Below, piece by piece: positions 9,309 to 16,560 of a stretch of 64,000 nucleotides of DNA; position 1 is the stretch's first letter; each line of letters starts with the position of its first letter. A model generated the notes under the pieces. The model had not been told where the DNA came from and made no database searches. It was given only the letters and a program-made list of their open reading frames with translations. A program made the position numbers and the translations under genes. This DNA is from a virus (taxonomy: Duplodnaviria > Caudoviricetes): positions 752 to 64,751 of the IMG/VR virus record IMGVR_UViG_3300028298_000007. One strand, written 5' to 3'.

Positions 9309-9595
9309 GTAAAAGTATTCTCAATAAAGTAATTCAAGCAAGATTTGAAGGTGAATTTTCGACTTTAAAAGTTGAAATTCATGGAACAGGAAAAGCAGTA
9401 TCAAGAATCCATGATGCTATGCAAAAAGAAATTGATAGTATCGAAGAAGAAGATAGTAAAAAGTAAAGGAGGTTTAATGAAAATTTTCAGCGTTCTAAGT
9501 AAAGACTTATTCGATAAGAAGAAAAATCCTAAACTAAGTTTATCAGTAAAGGACATCTTAAAGAATAAAAAGATTAAGAAAAAGGAGATTAAATA

Positions 9596-10030
9596 ATGTT
9601 AGTCATTCTTTGTGATGGATCAAGCAAAGGCAATCCAGGTCCTGCTTCCATCGGAGTTGTGGCTTGGGATAGATCCAGCAATCCGCGCTTGATTTATCCT
9701 AACTACCGTAACTCTGTAAATATTGGAGTGCGAACAAATATGGAAGCCGAATGGGAAGCAGTCTTAGCTTCTATGCGATATGCTATAACAGAGGATAACA
9801 ACCAAGAAGTTTTTATCTTTTGCGATAGCCAAACTGTTGTAAAGCAGGCTAATGGTATTTGGAGAGTAAAACACGAAAATATAATACCGCTGTTTAAAAC
9901 TTATTTAGCATTAAAAGAACTATTACCTAGGTTGTATATCAATTGGGTACCTAGGCAGTTAGTTTACCTAGCTGACAAAGCTGCGCAGAAAGAACAAATA
10001 AGAAATAAACTGAAAGGAGTAACAAAATGA
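9596..10030 (+). CDS. rnhA: ribonuclease HI-like protein
   Basis: DGSSKGNPGPA, TNMEAEWEA, DSQ and WVPR...AD acidic tetrad. Confidence 0.88.
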   Translation: MLVILCDGSSKGNPGPASIGVVAWDRSSNPRLIYPNYRNSVNIGVRTNMEAEWEAVLASMRYAITEDNNQEVFIFCDSQTVVKQANGIWRVKHENIIPLFKTYLALKELLPRLYINWVPRQLVYLADKAAQKEQIRNKLKGVTK

Positions 10031-10251
10031 AGTGTCCATTTTATAAGTGCGGATGTAAAAATGATATCCCAGAGTTCGATAACGCGGTAGAACATTTGGT
10101 TATAGTATTTAATCCTAACGGCCATACGCATATACACGGCCCTTTTGATAATAAATACGCTATAGCAAAGATGGCCGACGCGATGATTACGGAAATGCAG
10201 AAGAATGGTATTGACTATACTCCGCCAGTAAAACCTGACCATCAAGATTAA
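10027..10251 (+). CDS. hypothetical protein
   Basis: ATGA-coupled ORF. Confidence 0.55.
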   Translation: MKCPFYKCGCKNDIPEFDNAVEHLVIVFNPNGHTHIHGPFDNKYAIAKMADAMITEMQKNGIDYTPPVKPDHQD

Positions 10252-10267
10252 GAAAGGAGCAATAATA

Positions 10268-10465
10268 ATGGTTAATAAAGTAAAGGAAAGGGATCGCAAG
10301 GTCGGCGTTATGGTAATGCTTAGCGCCAAAGAAATAGAATTCGTTGACAGGAAAGTTAAGAAGAATGATCCGGAGAAAAAATCCCGGTCGGCATTGATAC
10401 AATTACTAATACGCAAATCAATGATTAGGCCGGAATTGTTTGATACCGGCTGGGAGGGGGCGTAA
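10268..10465 (+). CDS. putative ribbon-helix-helix (CopG-like) DNA-binding protein
   Basis: Beta strand VMVML, helix, then SRSALIQLLI; 65 aa. Confidence 0.55.
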   Translation: MVNKVKERDRKVGVMVMLSAKEIEFVDRKVKKNDPEKKSRSALIQLLIRKSMIRPELFDTGWEGA

Positions 10466-10505
10466 CCGTTACGGGTGTTATACCGTTACACATAAAATAA
10501 AACTA

Positions 10506-10533
10506 TTGACAAAAACAAGTTCGGTGATATAGT
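10506..10533 (+). promoter_or_regulatory. sigma70-type promoter for the replication operon
   Basis: TTGACA-16 nt-TATAGT with TGn extension. Confidence 0.7.
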
Positions 10534-10548
10534 ATTTATCGTCGAGCA

Positions 10549-10663
10549 TGAGAGAATTAACCGGAGCATAATATTATGAAAATTATGGCCCTAAACAGAA
10601 ACGGATCAATCATTCCGATTTATCCGGCTAATTCTCTCAATATTACTTGTTCTGTTTAGGGCC
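10549..10663 (+). other. structured 5' leader with two interleaved inverted repeats and a 27-aa leader ORF (10576-10659)
   Basis: A 10549-10565 pairs with A' 10623-10639 (16/17); B 10587-10600 pairs with B' 10650-10663 (14/14). Confidence 0.65.
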
Positions 10664-10687
10664 TGCTTTATTTTAAAAGGAATTATA

Positions 10688-10876
10688 ATGTCTAAAGATA
10701 ATGAAGATAAGAATAAAATTATTTCTACTACTGCTACAAACAAGACATTCGAATATCTAAAGGGTAATGTTAATTTAAAATTTATATTAAGAGTAGATAT
10801 AAAAGATGATTTGAAGGATTTCTTAGATATATTAAAGAAATCATGCGAAGACTTAGAAAAAGAAATATTAAAATAA
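10688..10876 (+). CDS. hypothetical protein
   Basis: 62 aa ORF with AAAGGA RBS. Confidence 0.55.
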   Translation: MSKDNEDKNKIISTTATNKTFEYLKGNVNLKFILRVDIKDDLKDFLDILKKSCEDLEKEILK

Positions 10877-10888
10877 ATAAGGAGTATT

Positions 10889-12505
10889 ATGTTTGTTTAT
10901 ACTGACACCGATTTTGCAATCGTAAAATGCGAATTTAAGGAAAAAGAATTAGTAAAGGCAATAGGCGATTTTAAATTTGACAAAGTACACTCCACCTGGT
11001 TATTTCCGCTGCGTAAACTTGTTGACATCATTGATAACCTGAATATCGGTTATACTCCCGAAACAAAAATTATCTACGACCATCTAGTTCAAGAAAAACA
11101 GAAATATCATTCTCTAATTAATAAGGCAGATCGCATTAAGCAAGGCGAAGGCGAATGGGATATTTTAGATCAAAATAAAATATCCCTTTTGACTCAATGT
11201 TATCATCACCAAAAACAGGCGATCCTTTTAGGCACATTATTCGATTCCTATGCTTTCTTCATGGAAACCGGAACAGGTAAAACATTAGTCGCGATAAAAT
11301 TAATTGATTTCTGGAAAGTGCCGGCAATGGTAATATGCCCGCTATCCACAATAGAAACGGTATGGAAGAAAGAAATCGAAAAATGGTCTAACTTAAATTC
11401 AGTTATACTATGGCAGAATTTAAAGGCCTTCGATTACGATTATAATGTTTACCTTATTAATTACGAACAATTTAAAATCCTATCCAGTAAAACCGATATA
11501 ACAAAAAGAATACAATGCTTGATTATTGATGAAAGTTCTAAATTAAAAAATCCTAAATCCCAGATTACCAAGACCATACTTAAATATAAAAATTCAATTC
11601 CACATAGGCTATGCTTAACCGGAACTCCTGCTCCGAACAATTTGCTTGAATACCATAGCCAGATGTCTTTTATAAATTCCGATTTGCTTGGCGATAATTA
11701 CTATCGCTTCCGCAACACCTTCTTTTATTCCTGCGGTTACGGCGGTTATTTATACCGGCCGATGAAAGGCGCCCAAGAAGCAATCATTGATAGGGTTAGC
11801 CGGCAGGCATTCAGTATCCGTAAAGATGACTGTTTGGACCTACCGGATCGCGTATATGAAACGCGCCTAGTTTATATGGATGATGTCCAGCAGAAGGCCT
11901 ACGATATGATGAGGAAAGAAAACATATTGGAATTCGGCGATAGCGTAACCTTGGCCGCGAATGAACTGGCTAAAATTATGAAACTGCGCCAGGTTACTAG
12001 CGGTTTTACAATTAATAATAAAGGAATCCCGGTACTTATTTCAGATACTAAGATCAATGCGCTCAAGGACCTATTGGAAGAAATACCCGAAGACAAGCAA
12101 GTTATAATCTGGCTGAATTTTCATTTTGAAATCAACCGATTAAAGGAAGAATTTAAGGATACTGCTTGCACATTATACGGCGATATGCCCCAGAAAGAAA
12201 AAACAAAAAGCATAGAGGATTTCCAAATAGGAAAATACCGCATATTGCTAGCGCATCCTTTATCCGGCGGCCTAGGGCTTACTTTTGTCAACTGCTCATA
12301 CATGATTTGGTTTTCACTTTCTTATTCTTCAGAACAACATTCACAGGCAAACGACAGAAATTATCGCATAGGACAAAAAAATAAATGCACTTATTTTTAT
12401 CTTTTAACAAAGAATTCTATCGATGAAATAATATATAAAGTCTTAACACATAAGATCAATATTATGGAAGAATGTTTAAATTTACTAAAAGGCATAAATG
12501 TTTAA
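10889..12505 (+). CDS. SNF2-family (SF2) helicase
   Basis: METGTGKT Walker A, IIDES Walker B, LTGTP, GGLGLTF and QANDRNYRIGQ motifs. Confidence 0.92.
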   Translation: MFVYTDTDFAIVKCEFKEKELVKAIGDFKFDKVHSTWLFPLRKLVDIIDNLNIGYTPETKIIYDHLVQEKQKYHSLINKADRIKQGEGEWDILDQNKISLLTQCYHHQKQAILLGTLFDSYAFFMETGTGKTLVAIKLIDFWKVPAMVICPLSTIETVWKKEIEKWSNLNSVILWQNLKAFDYDYNVYLINYEQFKILSSKTDITKRIQCLIIDESSKLKNPKSQITKTILKYKNSIPHRLCLTGTPAPNNLLEYHSQMSFINSDLLGDNYYRFRNTFFYSCGYGGYLYRPMKGAQEAIIDRVSRQAFSIRKDDCLDLPDRVYETRLVYMDDVQQKAYDMMRKENILEFGDSVTLAANELAKIMKLRQVTSGFTINNKGIPVLISDTKINALKDLLEEIPEDKQVIIWLNFHFEINRLKEEFKDTACTLYGDMPQKEKTKSIEDFQIGKYRILLAHPLSGGLGLTFVNCSYMIWFSLSYSSEQHSQANDRNYRIGQKNKCTYFYLLTKNSIDEIIYKVLTHKINIMEECLNLLKGINV

Positions 12506-12992
12506 TCAAAAAAAATATCTTAAAAAATATAGTAAGACATATCGTATAAAATTTAAAGATAAAATTCGTAAGAAACAACAAAAATATTATCTTAATAAGA
12601 AAAAAAGTATAAATAAAAGGAATAAAAAATACTGGAAGAAAAATAGGGACAAATTAATTTTAAATAAGAAAAAAGATCGTAATAGAGTTTTAAAAACTTG
12701 GGAAGGTTATCTCCCTAAAAAAACTAATTGTCCAATTTGTAAAAAAGAGATATTTTTTAATAAAAGAAATAAAAAAAATGCTATTCATTTTGACCATAAA
12801 GATAATAAAAAGATTTTAATTAAAGAAGGGCCTACTACTTGGTTAATGTCTCATGTAAGAAATTCTACTAATCAAAAAATCTGGAAATTATGTAAATTCG
12901 GGATGCTTTGTGGAAGATGCAATGGATATCTTCCTACCAAAAGCAGAAAACAATTTGTAATGAGAATAATTAAATATGTTTTCAATCTATAA
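12498..12992 (+). CDS. free-standing homing endonuclease (HNH/EndoVII-like)
   Basis: Lys-rich N-terminus, CPIC, HFDH and LCGRCN motifs; markedly AT-rich DNA. Confidence 0.7.
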   Translation: MFNQKKYLKKYSKTYRIKFKDKIRKKQQKYYLNKKKSINKRNKKYWKKNRDKLILNKKKDRNRVLKTWEGYLPKKTNCPICKKEIFFNKRNKKNAIHFDHKDNKKILIKEGPTTWLMSHVRNSTNQKIWKLCKFGMLCGRCNGYLPTKSRKQFVMRIIKYVFNL

Positions 12993-13062
12993 GGTGCTGG
13001 ATAAAAAAGCAGATTTAATGAACGCATGCCTAGACATGCTGAAAGGAAAAAATGCTGCCTGA
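12985..13062 (+). pseudogene. orphan second copy of the helicase 3' end
   Basis: Translates IYKVLDKKADLMNACLDMLKGKNAA*, matching the helicase end IYKVLTHKINIMEECLNLLKGINV*. Confidence 0.85.
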
Positions 13063-13483
13063 TTACAGAGATATAAGATCAAGAATTAAAGAAGAACCTA
13101 TTTGGTATGATGATAACGGTGTACCTCGCTATGATAAATTCAGCCCTGATTTAGTCTCTAGTATTTATGCACAAGAAGCGCTTTTGGTGAAAATTAAGTG
13201 CCAAGATTGTCATAGTGTATTTTTTGTAGGCGTATGCTATTCGGATATGGAAAAAATATTCAATCGCCACGCGGCATCTTACGAAGAACATATTAAAGAT
13301 TATTTAAATGCAAAAGATAAAAATAAGCGTTATTTTCCTTTCCATTATGGTGATCCACCGGCTCATGGATGTGTAGGGGACACAATGAACTGCGAGGATA
13401 TTCAGATTATAGAATTTTGGAAAAAAGAAAAGTTTGTATGGAAACGAAAACCTGAATACGAAATAAAAGCAGAGGAAGAATAA
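13052..13483 (+). CDS. hypothetical protein with CxxC motif
   Basis: 143 aa ORF, CQDC, HYGDPP. Confidence 0.65.
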   Translation: MLPDYRDIRSRIKEEPIWYDDNGVPRYDKFSPDLVSSIYAQEALLVKIKCQDCHSVFFVGVCYSDMEKIFNRHAASYEEHIKDYLNAKDKNKRYFPFHYGDPPAHGCVGDTMNCEDIQIIEFWKKEKFVWKRKPEYEIKAEEE

Positions 13484-13794
13484 TGCCTGAGCGTAAATTA
13501 TACCAGCAGTTCAAGGAAAAAATAAAGAAAGCAGATCCGAATTGCTTTTGGCATAAACTGCCTGATTTTGTTTTAGGCGGTATGCGCCCTTTCGATGGAT
13601 TTTTAGTTATCCAAGGCATACCATTTGCGATTGAATTTAAATCTAAGGCCGGCAGTCTAAGTAAATATCAATCATTCCAACTTACTGATTTTAACAATGC
13701 CGGCGGCGAAGCGCTAGTCTATTGGGAAGAACAAGAATCTTTGGATAAATTTATTGAAAGGATATTTGAAAAAATAAAGGAGAGGAAAAAATGA
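13483..13794 (+). CDS. VRR-NUC / PD-(D/E)xK nuclease (resolvase-like)
   Basis: PFD...IEFK...LSKYQ motif. Confidence 0.75.
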   Translation: MPERKLYQQFKEKIKKADPNCFWHKLPDFVLGGMRPFDGFLVIQGIPFAIEFKSKAGSLSKYQSFQLTDFNNAGGEALVYWEEQESLDKFIERIFEKIKERKK

Positions 13795-14240
13795 TAAGAA
13801 CTGTAAAATCATATAAACAAACATCTGTTAATTGGGGGAAATCACAGGCACAGATTACAAAACTACTTGAACAACAGGGCATTCAAGATATTAGATTTAC
13901 TTTCTTACAGAGCCAAAAAACACTTATATGCGAATTTAATTATCCTACGAAAGTAGAAAATAATAATGTAAATGTAGCAGTAAGAATTATACTGCCTATA
14001 CCTAAAGATGATGAACAAGCAAGAAATCAGATTCATAGAGCTTTATTTTATTATCTTAAAACTAAATTTGAGGCACTTAACTTTGGATTAGTTGAATTTA
14101 TGCAAGAATTTATGCCTCATATTTTAATTAACCAACCCTCAGGAAGAAAACAAACACTGTATCAAATTATCAGTCCACAGTATAAGGAAGGGTTAGTTTC
14201 CAGATCACAAGGCGAAATAAAAATGTTAGAAGATAAATAA
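13791..14240 (+). CDS. conserved hypothetical phage protein
   Basis: SQAQITKLL...RALFYYLKTKFEA...EFMPH pattern. Confidence 0.6.
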   Translation: MIRTVKSYKQTSVNWGKSQAQITKLLEQQGIQDIRFTFLQSQKTLICEFNYPTKVENNNVNVAVRIILPIPKDDEQARNQIHRALFYYLKTKFEALNFGLVEFMQEFMPHILINQPSGRKQTLYQIISPQYKEGLVSRSQGEIKMLEDK

Positions 14241-14254
14241 GAAAGGATAGTTTA

Positions 14255-14494
14255 ATGAAATTTAATTCAGTAAAAGAATTAAGTGATTTTATTGATAATC
14301 ACTATAAAGAAAACGATATTAATTTAGTTATCTCAATGACTCCAAGAGAAATTTGGGAATTACTTATGGATAAAAATCTTAATGTTGCGTCAAAACTTTT
14401 TTTAGAGTTATCTAATTTACACGATAATTTAACTACATCAATATGGTATAGAGGAACTCAAATAGTCAGAATAGATAAAATTAAATTGAGTTAA
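14255..14494 (+). CDS. hypothetical protein
   Basis: 79 aa ORF with AAAGGA RBS. Confidence 0.5.
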   Translation: MKFNSVKELSDFIDNHYKENDINLVISMTPREIWELLMDKNLNVASKLFLELSNLHDNLTTSIWYRGTQIVRIDKIKLS

Positions 14495-14511
14495 AGAAAG
14501 GAGGTGTTTAA

Positions 14512-14736
14512 ATGAAAATGTATGTTTTGCAGGCGAAGTTAGGAGATCAGATCACGACTCAGGCAATTCAAGCCAGGGATACTTTTAGCGCCAAGGTTTT
14601 AGCGGCACACAAGATTAACGCTAACCATGTTTCCGATAAGCGCTACGCTAAAGGTGAACTTACATTAAAGGATCCAGATGGTAAAGCCGTTTGGCATATA
14701 CCAGAAGTTATCGAAGAAAAGAAAGGAGGCAAATAG
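14512..14736 (+). CDS. hypothetical protein
   Basis: AAAGGAGGTG RBS. Confidence 0.6.
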   Translation: MKMYVLQAKLGDQITTQAIQARDTFSAKVLAAHKINANHVSDKRYAKGELTLKDPDGKAVWHIPEVIEEKKGGK

Positions 14737-14738
14737 AA

Positions 14739-14891
14739 ATGGCTGAGAAAGGTTATTGCGTTAAATGCAAGGCGTCGAAAGAAATAAAGGACGCGCAGGA
14801 AGTAACGATGAAGAATGGCCGCAGGGCCATAAAAGGGAAGTGCCCGGACTGTAATACCGGGATGTTTAGAATTCTAGGGAAAGGAAAATAA
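14739..14891 (+). CDS. DUF5679-like zinc-ribbon protein
   Basis: YCVKCK...MKNGR.AIKGKCPDCNTGMFRI. Confidence 0.75.
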   Translation: MAEKGYCVKCKASKEIKDAQEVTMKNGRRAIKGKCPDCNTGMFRILGKGK

Positions 14892-14892
14892 A

Positions 14893-15312
14893 ATGTCCGA
14901 AAAAACTGAACATGATTTGCTTCAGGCAGTCCTTGACGCTAGGCAGAAAGTAGCGGAATACGAAGGCTTTCTCGCTGACGCTAAAGAGGTGAAAACAAGT
15001 GCGGAAGCAGCTCTCATAGAGCATATGGATAACAAAGAATTAAAGTCATTTAAAAGTTCGACTTTAAATTGCACCGTTGTCCGAAAAGAATCGCTTTATG
15101 TCAGTATTGAAAAAGATAAAAAAGAAGAAGCATTTCGCTGGATCGAAGAAGATTGTGGAAGAGGCGATATGATTAAGCCTTCGATACACAACAAGACCCT
15201 TACTTCTTTTATCTCTGATTTACTGAAAAAAGGAGAAAAAATTCCGCAAGGAGTGTTTAACTATTTCTTTAAACCAGAATTAGCGATAATTCAAGCAAAG
15301 AAGGAGGGTTAA
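14893..15312 (+). CDS. hypothetical phage replication/recombination-module protein
   Basis: Coiled-coil N-terminus and IKPSIHNKTLTSF motif; precedes the SSB-like gene. Confidence 0.6.
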   Translation: MSEKTEHDLLQAVLDARQKVAEYEGFLADAKEVKTSAEAALIEHMDNKELKSFKSSTLNCTVVRKESLYVSIEKDKKEEAFRWIEEDCGRGDMIKPSIHNKTLTSFISDLLKKGEKIPQGVFNYFFKPELAIIQAKKEG

Positions 15313-15313
15313 C

Positions 15314-16042
15314 ATGGAAGCGAAAGATAAAAAAGATTTAGCAAAAACAGGTGGGCCTTTACGCGTTTCCGGAAATAAAAATCTACCGGCCGGTTTTGAC
15401 GCTGTTGAGGAAGGCGATATTAAGATGTCGCGGTTAGCAATAGGACAAGGATTATCGCCTGTTGTAATCGAAGGCAAAGCAAAGATGGGGGATATCTACC
15501 AAACTATTACCAATGAAGTCTTCGGAGAATCGGTTGAGTTCATTCCGTTATTCATGTTCAAGACCCGAGCTCAATTTGAAACCGAAAAAGGTTTAGTAAT
15601 GATGTCCAGGGATAACGAAACCGTAACAATGGCCACCGCAGAATATGAGCAATATCTCGGTAAGCCGGTCGAGGAAGTTCCGGGATCTGCTTGGGTAGGC
15701 AAAGAGCCGCCGAAGTTCAGCGAAGTTTTCAATTTCCCTGTTCTTCTGGTTTCTCGTTTACTGCAATTCCCGATAGCATTGTCTTTAATGAAAACCGCTA
15801 TAAAACCGGCCAAAGAATTCCTTTCGATGGCGCGGTATTCCGGTGAAGATATGTTCGCCCGCGTTTACACTATTAAATCGGAAATCGTTAAAGGCACAAA
15901 AGGAACTTACGCACTCCCTGTAATTGAATTTTCGCGTAGATGCAGCGATGAAGAATACGCAAGAGCCAAAGCGGTATTCGATAAACTTTACCGCCGTCAG
16001 AAAGATATAGAAGTAGAGTTAGAAGAAGATAAAACCGATTAA
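15314..16042 (+). CDS. putative ssDNA-binding/annealing protein
   Basis: Position in replication module, RLAIGQGLSP motif and acidic C-terminal tail (EVELEEDKTD). Confidence 0.5.
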   Translation: MEAKDKKDLAKTGGPLRVSGNKNLPAGFDAVEEGDIKMSRLAIGQGLSPVVIEGKAKMGDIYQTITNEVFGESVEFIPLFMFKTRAQFETEKGLVMMSRDNETVTMATAEYEQYLGKPVEEVPGSAWVGKEPPKFSEVFNFPVLLVSRLLQFPIALSLMKTAIKPAKEFLSMARYSGEDMFARVYTIKSEIVKGTKGTYALPVIEFSRRCSDEEYARAKAVFDKLYRRQKDIEVELEEDKTD

Positions 16043-16048
16043 CAATCC

Positions 16049-16126
16049 GCGAGGGTAGTGAAGCGGCCCATCACGCCAGTTACCGCATATAACTGGAGAT
16101 CGCTGGTTCGAATCCAGCCCCTCGCT
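16049..16126 (+). tRNA. atypical tRNA (Cys-like GCA/U73) with a 4-nt-longer anticodon arm
   Basis: Acceptor GCGAGGG/CCCTCGC, D stem GTGA/TCAC, T arm GCTGG-TTCGAAT-CCAGC, anticodon arm CCAGTTA-CCGCATA-TAACTGG; no encoded CCA. Confidence 0.8.
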
Positions 16127-16131
16127 ATAAA

Positions 16132-16289
16132 TTATGTTCCCTAAGACAGGAATTTACCCTTCAGGTGGAAACGGAGCGTTCATACCGCTAGCGGCGCCTA
16201 CCGAGCTGCCAATAAGCTCCTGTCGCGCCTCCTTTTGGCCTCGGAAGTTGTTTTCCAGTTTCTAGCTTCCGCTGTCTTGGGGAATATAA
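16132..16289 (+). ncRNA. candidate structured non-coding RNA (about 158 nt)
   Basis: 18-bp closing stem 16132-16149/16272-16289 with two G-U pairs; internal helices GGAGC/GCTCC, CCGCTAGCGG and CGGAAGTTG/TAGCTTCCG; GC-rich relative to flanks. Confidence 0.6.
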
Positions 16290-16306
16290 TAAAGGAGTTT
16301 TTTAAA

Positions 16307-16549
16307 ATGATTGATACTAAAGTAGCATTGTTAGAATTCATTGCTGATAATGCAGGGATCAATATAGACATAAAAGAAGATGATACTCTAAAAGAAGATT
16401 TGAGTTTCGATGAATTAGACATAGTAGAAATGGTAATGGCCTTAGAGGAAGAATTTAATATAGAAATAACGGATGAAGAATCGGAAAAATTTATTTCAAT
16501 AAAGGATATAATAGATTATCTCGAAGACAAAAATATAATCTTAAATTAA
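16307..16549 (+). CDS. acyl carrier protein homolog lacking the phosphopantetheine Ser (DSL to DEL)
   Basis: [32 protein letters not shown] resembles Acp[21 protein letters not shown]; ATG 16307 after AAAGGAG. Confidence 0.85.
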   Translation: MIDTKVALLEFIADNAGINIDIKEDDTLKEDLSFDELDIVEMVMALEEEFNIEITDEESEKFISIKDIIDYLEDKNIILN

Positions 16550-16560
16550 GGAGATCAGCT

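Noticed and set aside
16081-16091. Possible intron or Met (CAT) anticodon in the tRNA loop
   Set aside because: Four extra nucleotides are too few for an intron, and CAT is off-centre in both the 7-nt and 11-nt loop readings. It is not fully excluded without an aminoacylation test.
16235-16306. N-terminal extension of the ACP ORF from a TTG start
   Set aside because: It overlaps the structured RNA; ATG 16307 has a clear AAAGGAG RBS and gives a normal ACP length.
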